From the NCBI GenBank assembly GCA_001872185.1, contig MNVX01000021.1, positions 1 through 45,439 on the forward strand: a stretch of 45,439 bases of DNA, in the 5' to 3' direction. This DNA is from Candidatus Pacearchaeota archaeon CG1_02_32_21 (GTDB lineage Archaea > Nanobdellota > Nanobdellia > Pacearchaeales > GW2011-AR1). The notes below the pieces were generated by a model. It searched no databases and had not been told where the DNA came from. It saw nothing but the letters and a program-made list of their open reading frames with translations. A program made the translations under genes and the position numbers. Position 1 is the stretch's first letter. Every line of letters begins with the position of its first letter. Of this stretch, positions 8,252 through 16,294 are shown one piece after another.

Positions 8252-8584
8252 TTACTTTATTTTACTGACGATATCTCCTCTTAATCTTTCAACATTTTCC
8301 CTTAAAGACAATTCCTGCTTTTCTAAGGTCTTAGTTCTTATATCCAGAAGCTTCTTTTTATCTTCTAGCTCTTTTTTTGTAGTATTTTTATCTGCTTTTA
8401 TCATTATTTGCCCGATTATTTTGAATATATCTCCCTTAGACTTATCAATCTCTTCAAGGGCAGTTTTAACTTCATTTAATTCAAGCTGGAAAGTTTGCTT
8501 CTGCATCAATAAATTTTGAAATGTTCCCTCTAGAATTTGTAATTCCTGCAATTTTTCAGCAGCCCCTTTATCTATTTCGGTCAT
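8252..8584 (-). CDS. pfdB: Prefoldin beta subunit
   Basis: 110-aa coiled coil - IFKIIGQIMIKADK - coiled coil, next to rpoP and L37ae (conserved archaeal neighbourhood). Confidence 0.85.
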   Translation of the reverse strand: MTEIDKGAAEKLQELQILEGTFQNLLMQKQTFQLELNEVKTALEEIDKSKGDIFKIIGQIMIKADKNTTKKELEDKKKLLDIRTKTLEKQELSLRENVERLRGDIVSKIK

Positions 8585-8637
8585 TTAACAAACATCCTGC
8601 GGGTTTCTTAGAGTTCCAGCAACCAATTTTATCACCA

Positions 8638-8775
8638 TTATTCTGCTTTTATCTTTACAATAGCCCTTCTAGGCTTGTAAAAAATCCTAGAATTACAATG
8701 AGGACAGGTAAACCTCTTGTCTAATTTCTTAGAAGAGATTAATTTTCCACACTTGAAACATTTATAGTCAGCCAT
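8638..8775 (-). CDS. rpoP: RNA polymerase subunit P (Rpo12)
   Basis: Manual translation MADYKCFKCGKLISSKKLDKRFTCPHCNSRIFYKPRRAIVKIKAE (CxxC-x14-CxxC-RI-x-YK). It is below the track size cut-off. Confidence 0.85.
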   Translation of the reverse strand: MADYKCFKCGKLISSKKLDKRFTCPHCNSRIFYKPRRAIVKIKAE

Positions 8776-8790
8776 TTAAAAGACAACAGG

Positions 8791-8814
8791 GTTTTCTTTT
8801 ATAAACTTTCCCCT
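8791..8814 (-). promoter_or_regulatory. rpoP promoter module (copy of the L37ae module)
   Basis: GTTTTCTTTTATAAACTTTCCCCT on the plus strand. In gene sense, TTATAAAA lies 21 nt from ATG 8775. Confidence 0.6.
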
Positions 8815-8847
8815 AAAAACAAATTTATTTAATTTTACCATTTTAGT

Positions 8848-9063
8848 TTATTCTAAATAATAAGCTCCCCCTGAAAAAGTTTTCCCACATTTTTTACAGG
8901 CCCATATACCTGCAGATTTTCGTTTAGCTGTAAGTTTATTGCAAAATGGACATTTTTGTTTTTGTTTTTGTTTTGATTCAACAGCAATAAGTTTACGTCT
9001 AACATTAGTTCCATATCCGGTCTTGTACCTACCACTTGATTTTACTTTTTTTGTTCTTGCCAT
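8848..9063 (-). CDS. rpl37ae: Ribosomal protein eL43 (L37Ae)
   Basis: MARTKKV..GRYKTGYG..CPFC..WACKKCGKTFSGGAY is a characteristic sequence. Confidence 0.93.
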   Translation of the reverse strand: MARTKKVKSSGRYKTGYGTNVRRKLIAVESKQKQKQKCPFCNKLTAKRKSAGIWACKKCGKTFSGGAYYLE

Positions 9064-9078
9064 ATAAAGACAACCAAG

Positions 9079-9138
9079 GTTTTCTTTATCAAACTTTCCT
9101 TTTTATAGACAAAGTTTTCTTTATCAAACTTTCCTTTT
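9079..9138 (-). promoter_or_regulatory. Tandem duplicated promoter module upstream of L37ae
   Basis: Identical 25-mers GTTTTCTTTATCAAACTTTCCTTTT at 9079-9103 and 9114-9138. The proximal TTGATAAA (gene sense) lies 21 nt from ATG 9063. Confidence 0.6.
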
Positions 9139-9316
9139 ACGAGAAAAGGATTATCCTTAGTTATTGTTTAGTTGTTAATATTTGAAAAGGATCGTTTTTA
9201 AATTCTTTCTTTTACCTAGCTTTGATATTCCAGCTATAATTCCCGTCATAAGATCAGACAAATATAAATTCGTTTTATTTTTGCTTCTTAATTTCATTTT
9301 ATAAATATATTTGAAA

Positions 9317-9390
9317 TGGGGTCGCCCGGATTTGAACCGGGGTCACGAAGTCCCAAACCTCGGATACTAGCCAGGCTATACTACGACCCC
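9317..9390 (-). tRNA. tRNA-Pro (anticodon UGG)
   Basis: Manual fold of the reverse complement: acceptor GGGGTCG/CGACCCC, anticodon stem CGAGG/CTTCG, loop TTTGGGA, T arm CCCGG-TTCAAAT-CCGGG, discriminator A. No encoded CCA and no intron. Confidence 0.9.
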
Positions 9391-9413
9391 ATAATAAAAG
9401 GGGATTAAAGGAA

Positions 9414-9421
9414 TTTATAAA
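9414..9421 (-). promoter_or_regulatory. TATA box of tRNA-Pro
   Basis: TTTATAAA lies 23 nt upstream of the mature 5' G (9390). Confidence 0.55.
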
Positions 9422-9431
9422 AGTTGTTAAT

Positions 9432-10124
9432 TTACTTTTTCCCTGCCGGTTTAGTAGTTGGTTTAGCCGTTTTAGCAGGAGCTGCTGTTTTTTCAGCAAT
9501 TTCAGCAACTGGTGCTGGTGCTGTTGCTTTTTCTGCTTTAGCAGCTTCTTCTTCAGCTTTTTCCTGCTGTAGTTTAGCTTCTTGCTTTTTATGCAACTGA
9601 GAGAAAAATTCTTGTAATTCTTTTTTCTTTGCTTCAGATGTCTCTGTTTTACCTGCCTTAATTTCTTTATCATATTCTCCGTCGCTAACTTTTCCAGCAA
9701 ACTCTACAGCAGAGAGGTTTTCAATCATTATTCCCAAGCTAACACAGCTTCCAACAACAGTTTTAACTGCAGCTTTCAAATCTTTTTCCAGCATATCTGG
9801 GAGTTTTGTTTTAGCAACTTTTATTACCTGCTCTACAGAAATATTAGCAACTTGTAATTTTTTATGTTCCCCTGTTCCTTTATCAATCCCAGCTTCTTTT
9901 TTCAATAACTCCGGTACAGGTGGAGACTTTATTGAAATTGTAAATTGTTTTGTACTTACATCTATATCTAAATCAACTGGAACCTTCATTCCCTTGAAAT
10001 CTTTTGTAGCATCATTAACTTTAGAAATTACCTGTCCTATGTTTATTCCTAAAGGTCCAAGCTTCTGAGCTAGAGCTGGTCCTGGAGCCATACTTCCACC
10101 TTCAACCAATAATCCTACTTTCAT
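9432..10124 (-). CDS. rpl11: Ribosomal protein uL11 with a ~70-aa Ala/Lys/Glu/Pro-rich C-terminal extension
   Basis: The N-terminal 155 aa are typical L11 (GGSMAPGPALAQKLGPLGINIG...). ATGA overlap with spt5. Confidence 0.92.
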   Translation of the reverse strand: MKVGLLVEGGSMAPGPALAQKLGPLGINIGQVISKVNDATKDFKGMKVPVDLDIDVSTKQFTISIKSPPVPELLKKEAGIDKGTGEHKKLQVANISVEQVIKVAKTKLPDMLEKDLKAAVKTVVGSCVSLGIMIENLSAVEFAGKVSDGEYDKEIKAGKTETSEAKKKELQEFFSQLHKKQEAKLQQEKAEEEAAKAEKATAPAPVAEIAEKTAAPAKTAKPTTKPAGKK

Positions 10125-10594
10125 TTCATTTCCTCGTCTGAATTTTCTTCTTGTTCGTTTCCTCTTCGGATAACTTTAACATTTTCTATCTTGATAGTAA
10201 CTGGGATCTGTACAACAGCTCCAAGCAGACTAACTACTACTTCTCCTTTCTGTTTGTCTATTCTTAAAACTTTTGCTTTTTCTTTTTTGAAAGGCTCAGT
10301 TAAGATCTCTATAATGTCATCTTGTTCAATACTAACTGTTTCAATATTATGTTCAACCATATTTTTTACTTCTTCATAAGAAATAGTTTTTCCAATTATT
10401 CCTTTAACATAAGGCAGTCCAAAACAAGCTTCTTCTGCACTTTCACGATCTTCACTTTCTAGAATTATATATCCTCTAAGTCCTTTTGGCTTTGCAATTG
10501 CATAAATGTTAATGCCTTTTCTTAGTATAGTGCTTGCTATAACATCTAATGCTCTTTCTTCTTTGTTTGTTGTTACTTTTACGACGAAAATCAT
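10121..10594 (-). CDS. spt5: Transcription elongation factor Spt5 (NusG)
   Basis: NGN domain (FVVKVTTNKEERALDVI..GYIILES) plus a KOW motif (KGEVVVSLLGAVVQIPV), upstream of L11. Confidence 0.9.
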   Translation of the reverse strand: MIFVVKVTTNKEERALDVIASTILRKGINIYAIAKPKGLRGYIILESEDRESAEEACFGLPYVKGIIGKTISYEEVKNMVEHNIETVSIEQDDIIEILTEPFKKEKAKVLRIDKQKGEVVVSLLGAVVQIPVTIKIENVKVIRRGNEQEENSDEEMK

Positions 10595-10688
10595 TTTATT
10601 TTATTTAACCGTTCTACCGCTACCTCTTAATATTTAAAGAAGCAGTGGTAATATTTAAAATAAGGGGTTTATTAAGTTTTCTATATGT

Positions 10689-11231
10689 TTATGCAGCAAA
10701 AACAACTGCGGCAATAGTTGTTGTCCATAAACCGTCTTTATTCCCTTCAGCAGTCTGAGTTATATTCGTTGTTTTGAATATATGCCCGCTTGCCTTGTAT
10801 ATCTGCTCTCTTTCTTCCCATGCAGTATCTGGGTCAAATTCTATTCCAAGAGTTGTTGCAAGCATTGTGGCTGCTAAATCTTCAGCATAATCTCCTGATT
10901 TCTTAGCATTCTCCCCATATCCATGATGTTCTGAAATATATCCGTATTGGTTTTCATTTTTTGGAACTGCAATACCTACTGAAGAAAAAATTAATCTGTT
11001 TGGTTCATTTGTTTCGCTACGAGCCATAACACAAAATGTTACCTGTCCAGGACTTAGTAATTTAATTCCTTCCTCTTTAGGAACTATTTTAACTTTTGGA
11101 GGAAGTATACTTGAAACATAGACTAAGTTGCATTTTTCTATACCTGCATTTCTTAGTGCTAATTCAAAAGAAGCTAATTTGTCTTTATGGACTCCTACTC
11201 CTTTTGTAAAAAATATTTTTTTAGGGATCAT
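10689..11231 (-). CDS. pdaD: Pyruvoyl-dependent arginine decarboxylase
   Basis: [42 protein letters not shown] contains the self-cleavage Ser-Ser site; 180 aa. Confidence 0.85.
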   Translation of the reverse strand: MIPKKIFFTKGVGVHKDKLASFELALRNAGIEKCNLVYVSSILPPKVKIVPKEEGIKLLSPGQVTFCVMARSETNEPNRLIFSSVGIAVPKNENQYGYISEHHGYGENAKKSGDYAEDLAATMLATTLGIEFDPDTAWEEREQIYKASGHIFKTTNITQTAEGNKDGLWTTTIAAVVFAA

Positions 11232-11398
11232 TTCAAAAAAAACCGTATTATTGTAGCAATTATAAAACCAACAAGCCCAATGATCAGTATTCCTACAGCT
11301 GAAACTTTAGCAATAGTTAAAAATTCTTCTCTCGACGGTTTTCTTAATACTTTCCAAACTCTTACACATTTACTAAAAAATACTTTTGGCGATTCCAT
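11228..11398 (-). CDS. secE: Preprotein translocase subunit SecE (Sec61 gamma)
   Basis: Manual translation [56 protein letters not shown], with a single C-terminal TM. It lies between ftsZ and spt5, and its stop makes an ATGA overlap with pdaD. Confidence 0.8.
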   Translation of the reverse strand: MESPKVFFSKCVRVWKVLRKPSREEFLTIAKVSAVGILIIGLVGFIIATIIRFFLK

Positions 11399-11436
11399 AC
11401 TTTGAATAATTAGAATGTGTTTTTAAAGGTTTTTAA

Positions 11437-12555
11437 TTACCTGAAGAATTCAATTCCAAGCTCATCTGAAAGCTCACCCTGATTTCTTTCTTCTAATGAA
11501 CGTTTTGGATTGCCGAGTATCTGCTGACTTTTAACTCCAGTAACTATTAACATAACCCTAAGTGTCTTCTCCATGTCTGGAGCAATTTGAGCTCCCCAAA
11601 TTAATCTTGCTTGATCTCCAAGATGTTTATTGATTTCTTCTATAACTACTTTGGCTTCATCTAAACTCATATCTGGTCCACCGACAATATTAACAAGTGC
11701 ACCTGAAGCATTTGTAACGTCAACATCGAGCAAAGGATTGTTTAGCGCCTTTTCAACAGCTTCGTAAGATCTGTTTTCTGTATCAGATTCTCCGCTGCCT
11801 ATAAGAGAAACGCCTCCATTTTGCATGACTGTTCTAACATCTGCAAAATCTAAGTTAACAAGACCTGCTTTTGTAACAAGTTCTGCAATTCCTTTCACAG
11901 CATTTGTAAGAATTTCGTCTGCAACTTTAAAAGCTGTTTGCAAAGGCAAGTCTGGAGCAATTTCTAATAGTTTATCATTTGGAATAACTATTAATGTGTC
12001 AACAATACTTTCCATTTTTTCCAGACCATTGTTTGCATTTTCCAGCCTTTTAGCCCCTTCTATTGTAAATGGCATTGTAACAATACCTATAACTAAAGCT
12101 CCTTGTTTTTTAGCAAGGTCTGCAATTACAGGGGCTGCTCCAGTTCCTGTCCCTCCACCTAAGCCGCATGTAATAAAAACCATATCTGCTCCAGAAATTT
12201 TTTGTTTTATTTCATGTTCTGTTTCTTTCGCAGCTTCTTCACCAACGCCAGGGTTACTTCCAGCACCAAGTCCTTTTGTTAATTCTTTACCAATTAATAT
12301 TTTTTTGTCAGCATTAGCATATAACAGGTCCTGAGCATCTGTATTAACTGCAATCATTTCTCCTCCTTTAATTCCTATTTCATACATTCTAGAAAGAGTG
12401 TTATTTCCTCCTCCACCTACTCCTATTACTTTAATCTTAGCTGTTTGCTTTTTAATCAGCTCTTCTAATTCACGATCTATTTCAAGAAGTTCTGAATCAA
12501 TAATAGAAGACGGATCCCTCACAGGAAAACCTTCTTTTTCATATATTGCGGACAT
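11437..12555 (-). CDS. ftsZ: Cell-division GTPase FtsZ
   Basis: GVGGGGNN and GLGGGTGTGAAPVIA tubulin signatures; 372 aa. CTTATAAA lies 21 nt upstream. Confidence 0.95.
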   Translation of the reverse strand: MSAIYEKEGFPVRDPSSIIDSELLEIDRELEELIKKQTAKIKVIGVGGGGNNTLSRMYEIGIKGGEMIAVNTDAQDLLYANADKKILIGKELTKGLGAGSNPGVGEEAAKETEHEIKQKISGADMVFITCGLGGGTGTGAAPVIADLAKKQGALVIGIVTMPFTIEGAKRLENANNGLEKMESIVDTLIVIPNDKLLEIAPDLPLQTAFKVADEILTNAVKGIAELVTKAGLVNLDFADVRTVMQNGGVSLIGSGESDTENRSYEAVEKALNNPLLDVDVTNASGALVNIVGGPDMSLDEAKVVIEEINKHLGDQARLIWGAQIAPDMEKTLRVMLIVTGVKSQQILGNPKRSLEERNQGELSDELGIEFFR

Positions 12556-12576
12556 ATAACAAAAAGTCTAAGATAA

Positions 12577-12584
12577 TTTATAAG
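12577..12584 (-). promoter_or_regulatory. TATA box of ftsZ (leaderless geometry)
   Basis: CTTATAAA (gene sense) lies exactly 21 nt from ATG 12555. Confidence 0.55.
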
Positions 12585-12624
12585 GTTTGTTATAGTCAAG
12601 GATAGCTTTAGCTATTTGCTTAAA

Positions 12625-12632
12625 TTTATAAA
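12625..12632 (+). promoter_or_regulatory. TATA box of the SDR gene (leaderless geometry)
   Basis: TTTATAAA lies exactly 21 nt from ATG 12654. Confidence 0.55.
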
Positions 12633-12653
12633 TTAGTATTTCTTGATAAATAA

Positions 12654-13328
12654 ATGGAACTAAAAAATAAGGTGATAGTTATAACTGGGGGAAATACAGG
12701 CATAGGAAAAGAGACAGCATATAAATTTGCTGAAGAGAAGTGTAAATTAGTCGTTACATATTATCAGTATAAAAAAGAAGCGCTGGAAGTTAAAAAAAAA
12801 TGCTATGAATTAGGAGCTAAAGATGTTTATATTACATATCTTAATTTAAGAAAAGAATCAGATATTAAGAGAGTTGTAAAAGAAACTGTTAAAAAATTTG
12901 GAAAAATTGATATCTTGGTCAATAATGCAGGCATGCTTATTTGGAAAAGTTTTAAGGGACAAAGTTTTAAGGAAATTAGCGAACAAGTTGAAACTAATTT
13001 AATTGGCCCTATAAAAATGACAAATGAAGCTCTTCCAAATATTAAAGAAAAGATAATCAATATTGCCAGCATGGCTGGAATTAAGGGATATGCTGGAGCA
13101 ACGCCTTATTGCGCAACAAAATTTGGAGTCAGAGGTTTTACTAAGGCTCTTGCACTTGAATTAAATAAGATCAAGGTTTATAGTGTTAATCCTGGAGCAA
13201 CTTCAACTAGAATGACAAACTTTAAAGGGATACCTCCAAGCAAAGTAGCCCAATTAGTCTGCGATGTAGTTAAGGATAAGTATAAACTAAAATCTGGAAG
13301 TGATTTTAACGTAGGAGATTATGTTTAG
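12654..13328 (+). CDS. Short-chain dehydrogenase/reductase (SDR)
   Basis: TGGNTGIGK cofactor motif, NNAG, and a catalytic S...YCATK. Confidence 0.85.
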   Translation: MELKNKVIVITGGNTGIGKETAYKFAEEKCKLVVTYYQYKKEALEVKKKCYELGAKDVYITYLNLRKESDIKRVVKETVKKFGKIDILVNNAGMLIWKSFKGQSFKEISEQVETNLIGPIKMTNEALPNIKEKIINIASMAGIKGYAGATPYCATKFGVRGFTKALALELNKIKVYSVNPGATSTRMTNFKGIPPSKVAQLVCDVVKDKYKLKSGSDFNVGDYV

Positions 13329-13332
13329 ACAG

Positions 13333-13965
13333 TTATTTCTTCAATTCAAACTCTAAGTTAATTATTGATTTGAATTTGTTATTAAGTATTGCAATAATTG
13401 GAGAAAAGGCTTCTTCAATCTCAAGAAGTATTTTTGTGTCTTTTAGGTCAAATTTAACATCTTTTCTAATGAAATAGTCTGTAATTGCCTGAATTTTTTC
13501 ATTTATATCGTCTACCTTACGCTTTATTGTAAATTCATAACTAACTATTTTTCCAGATAATGGATTGTTAAAGTCAACTAGCACTCTCCCTCCTGAAACA
13601 CTTACAATCTTAACAAGCATGTTATCTAAAGCAAGAGTCATGCCTTGTTTAGGAAGTATTTTTTGTTGTGTAAAAACACTTAATGGAATTAACCTGACCA
13701 AAGAGCTTTTTCTTTCCTGAAATGCCTCACTAGGAAGCAAATCGACTGAAGAAGTTTTTCCAATTTCTTTTCCATTGAGTGATTTGTCAAGTCCTTTAAT
13801 AACCATCTCCTGCCCGATACATAAAATAAATGGCTTGTCGTCAATTTTTAGTCCGATTTTCTTAGCTTCTTCTGAAATATTTGTATCAAAAACCTCTCCA
13901 TTTTTAACTTTTCCTATAAATTCTAATTCAATAAAGTCATTCTTTTTTACTTTTTCCATTGCCAT
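13333..13965 (-). CDS. FKBP-type peptidyl-prolyl cis-trans isomerase (archaeal long/SlyD-like)
   Basis: DFIELEFIGKVKNGEVFDTN...FILCIGQEMVIKGLDKSLNG is an FKBP core with an IF-domain-like insert. Confidence 0.8.
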   Translation of the reverse strand: MAMEKVKKNDFIELEFIGKVKNGEVFDTNISEEAKKIGLKIDDKPFILCIGQEMVIKGLDKSLNGKEIGKTSSVDLLPSEAFQERKSSLVRLIPLSVFTQQKILPKQGMTLALDNMLVKIVSVSGGRVLVDFNNPLSGKIVSYEFTIKRKVDDINEKIQAITDYFIRKDVKFDLKDTKILLEIEEAFSPIIAILNNKFKSIINLEFELKK

Positions 13966-13986
13966 GAAGAAAGAATTAAGGTAAGG

Positions 13987-13994
13987 TTTATAAA
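13987..13994. promoter_or_regulatory. Single palindromic TATA box shared by divergent FKBP and aIF5A genes
   Basis: TTTATAAA is its own reverse complement. It lies 21 nt from ATG 13965 (-) and 21 nt from ATG 14016 (+). Confidence 0.6.
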
Positions 13995-14015
13995 TCTATT
14001 TTTCTGAAGTTAATT

Positions 14016-14411
14016 ATGGCTTTTAAGATAATTGATGCTACAATGGCAAAGATTGGTACAACAATTATGATTGAAAATGAACCCTGCACTGTAAGAAGTT
14101 TTGATGTAAGTAAAACTGGAAAACATGGTCATGCAAAGGTAAGGATTGAAGCTGTTGGAGTTTTTGATGGTAAAAAAAGAGTTATCGTAAGACCAGGGCA
14201 TGAAAGATTTGAAGTTCCTATGATAGATAAAAGGAAAGCTCAGGTTCTATCTATCAATGGCAATCATGCAAGTGTGATGGACCTTGAAAGTTTTGAAACT
14301 TTAGATCTGATTATACCAGATGAAGACGAACTGAAGTCTGAAATAAAAGAAGAGTCTTATGTAGAGTACTGGGAAGTTGAAGGTAAAAAAGCGATAAAGA
14401 GGTTGGTATAA
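14016..14411 (+). CDS. eif5a: Translation initiation factor 5A (aIF5A)
   Basis: Hypusination loop SKTGKHGHAKV; 131 aa. Confidence 0.93.
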   Translation: MAFKIIDATMAKIGTTIMIENEPCTVRSFDVSKTGKHGHAKVRIEAVGVFDGKKRVIVRPGHERFEVPMIDKRKAQVLSINGNHASVMDLESFETLDLIIPDEDELKSEIKEESYVEYWEVEGKKAIKRLV

Positions 14412-14412
14412 A

Positions 14413-14574
14413 ATGGCAAAATTACAAGCAGCTCAAAATAGACTTTATAAAAACTTATTTTTATGCAAGAATTGCGGAGCCAAAATTAAGGTTGACCCAA
14501 AAAAAATACTTGAAGGAAAAATTAAGTGCAGAAGATGTAAAAAAAAGAAGTTTAGGGCTCACAAGAAAAAATAA
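14413..14574 (+). CDS. rpl40e: Ribosomal protein eL40 (L40e)
   Basis: Manual translation MAKLQAAQNRLYKNLFLCKNCGAKIKVDPKKILEGKIKCRRCKKKKFRAHKKK (CxxC...CxxC, basic). It starts 1 nt after the aIF5A stop. Confidence 0.7.
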   Translation: MAKLQAAQNRLYKNLFLCKNCGAKIKVDPKKILEGKIKCRRCKKKKFRAHKKK

Positions 14575-14575
14575 G

Positions 14576-16063
14576 ATGGGATTTTTAACAGGATTTGTAT
14601 TCTATGATTTGGCATTACTAGTTATTTTCATAATTTTAAGTATTTATTTTTTGCATAAAAACAGAGCTAGTTTAGAGAAACAGGGCATTATGTACCTGTA
14701 CAAAGCAAAATGGGGAATAAAATTAATACATTATGTTGGAAAGAAGTATAAAAAAACACTTGGAATTTTCAGTTATGTCTCAGTAATTGTTGGCTATGCT
14801 TTGATGATATGTATGATTTTTCTTTTTGCACAGGCTATTTATGTTTACGTCCGCTTTCCACAAGTAACAGAAATTGTTAAAGCTCCCCCTATTGTACCTG
14901 TTATTCCTTACTTTACAAATATATTTGGGTTAGAAAGCTTTTTCCCTACATTTTATTTCACCTATTTTATAATTGCTGTTTCATTTGTAGCAATAGTTCA
15001 CGAGTTCTCACACGGAATATTTGCAAGTTATAACAAAATAAAAATCAAAACTACAGGCCTTGCATTTCTCGGGCCTATTCTTGGCGCTTTTGTAGAGCCT
15101 GACGAGAAAAAAATGGAGAAGAAATCTATTTTCAGCCAGTTAAGCATTTTATCTGCAGGAGTGCTAGCAAACCTGATATCTGCAGGAATATTTTATTTGA
15201 TTTTAGCTTTATTTTTTATTAACTTTTTCACACCAGCAGGAGTTTATTTTACAGGCTATGCCTCTGGGGTTGTAAACTCATCTGTAATTACAAGCATAGA
15301 CGGTATACCTATACAAGGTTTGGATAATGAATCTGTTCTTGCAATGATTGAAGAAAACAATATTGGAGATGAACAAATCGGAAGTTTTAATCTTACTGAA
15401 GTAGCAATTGGCAATCAAAGCGCATTAATTCCCGTTAAGAACCTAAAAGTTATTTTTTCTGATAACCAAAGGGCAGTAGTCTTGCTAAATTCTCCTGCAA
15501 TTAAATCAGGATTTCCAAATGTTGACCCCATACATAAAGCAGCAATTGTCGAGATAAACGAAGTAAAGATAAAAAGCTACCAGCAGTTAAGCAATGAAAT
15601 TTTAAAGCATTCTCCTGGAGAAAATATCAGCCTTAAAGTAAAGTACAACAAAGAAGAAAAGATTTATAATTTAACCCTAGAAGAACATCCTAATAATCCG
15701 AAGATAGGGTATATTGGCATAACATCTCAAACAACGAGCAATGGGTTTACTGGTAGGATACTGAGCAAAATAAATTTTTATAAGGATCCTTATGTAAATT
15801 ACGAGCCTGTAGGTTATTCAACTTTAGTTATATTAATACATGACTTCTTATGGTGGATAGCTTTAATCAACTTACTTGTTGCTTTATTCAATATGCTGCC
15901 ATTAGGAATTTTAGACGGGGGAAGATTTTTTTATCTCACTATTCTTTCAATAACAAAATCTGATAAAGTTGCAAAGATAATTTCTTCTGCAGCAACTTAC
16001 ATTATTTTATCATTATTAGCGCTTATAATGTTGATTTGGTTCTTTCAGGTTTTTGTACTTTAA
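14576..16063 (+). CDS. Site-2 protease family (M50) membrane metalloprotease with PDZ-like insert
   Basis: HEFSHG (HExxH) and NMLPLGILDGG motifs, multi-pass. The start is set at ATG 14576, just after the L40e stop; the track ORF's 5' part overlaps L40e. Confidence 0.85.
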   Translation: MGFLTGFVFYDLALLVIFIILSIYFLHKNRASLEKQGIMYLYKAKWGIKLIHYVGKKYKKTLGIFSYVSVIVGYALMICMIFLFAQAIYVYVRFPQVTEIVKAPPIVPVIPYFTNIFGLESFFPTFYFTYFIIAVSFVAIVHEFSHGIFASYNKIKIKTTGLAFLGPILGAFVEPDEKKMEKKSIFSQLSILSAGVLANLISAGIFYLILALFFINFFTPAGVYFTGYASGVVNSSVITSIDGIPIQGLDNESVLAMIEENNIGDEQIGSFNLTEVAIGNQSALIPVKNLKVIFSDNQRAVVLLNSPAIKSGFPNVDPIHKAAIVEINEVKIKSYQQLSNEILKHSPGENISLKVKYNKEEKIYNLTLEEHPNNPKIGYIGITSQTTSNGFTGRILSKINFYKDPYVNYEPVGYSTLVILIHDFLWWIALINLLVALFNMLPLGILDGGRFFYLTILSITKSDKVAKIISSAATYIILSLLALIMLIWFFQVFVL

Positions 16064-16187
16064 TTTCTCGTCGGTAAAATTTTATTAGAAATAAAGAAAA
16101 ATTGTGAAATTCCAAAAAAATAGAAAGGTATATAAATGATTTTTCATTATTTTAATTAATAAAAGTAAAGAAAAGAGGTAATAACAC

Positions 16188-16229
16188 ATGGCAAAGAAAA
16201 AAGCTGCAAAGAAGAAAAAAAGAAGATAA
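16188..16229 (+). CDS. Tiny Lys/Arg-rich ORF (MAKKKAAKKKKRR), possible eL41-like micro-protein
   Basis: TATATAAA at 16129-16136, GAGGT 8 nt before the ATG, and a T-rich tract after the stop. Very short, so weak. Confidence 0.3.
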   Translation: MAKKKAAKKKKRR

Positions 16230-16294
16230 TTTTTCTTTTATAAAAATTTCTTTATTTTTTTAAATGATTTGATCTATTTCTTTTTTATTTTTAT

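Noticed and set aside
9139-9316. Gene-free 178 nt downstream of tRNA-Pro with 40-aa and 24-aa mini-ORFs. Considered as a small protein or a C/D-box sRNA.
   Set aside because: The ATG of the 40-aa ORF abuts a TATA-like box with no room for initiation, and neither ORF fits the 21-nt rule. I found no C (RUGAUGA) or D (CUGA) box pair.
9299-9700. 133-aa minus-strand ORF
   Set aside because: It overlaps the tRNA-Pro gene and an alternative frame of the L11 C-terminal extension, and reads as repetitive K/Q/L translation of low-complexity DNA.
11187-11405. 72-aa plus-strand ORF
   Set aside because: It is antisense to the secE gene, which was identified by manual translation on the minus strand.
11825-12334. 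169-aa plus-strand ORF
   Set aside because: It is antisense to ftsZ. Ala/Ser/Pro-rich mirror frames of this kind are typical of antisense reading of a Gly/Ala-rich gene.
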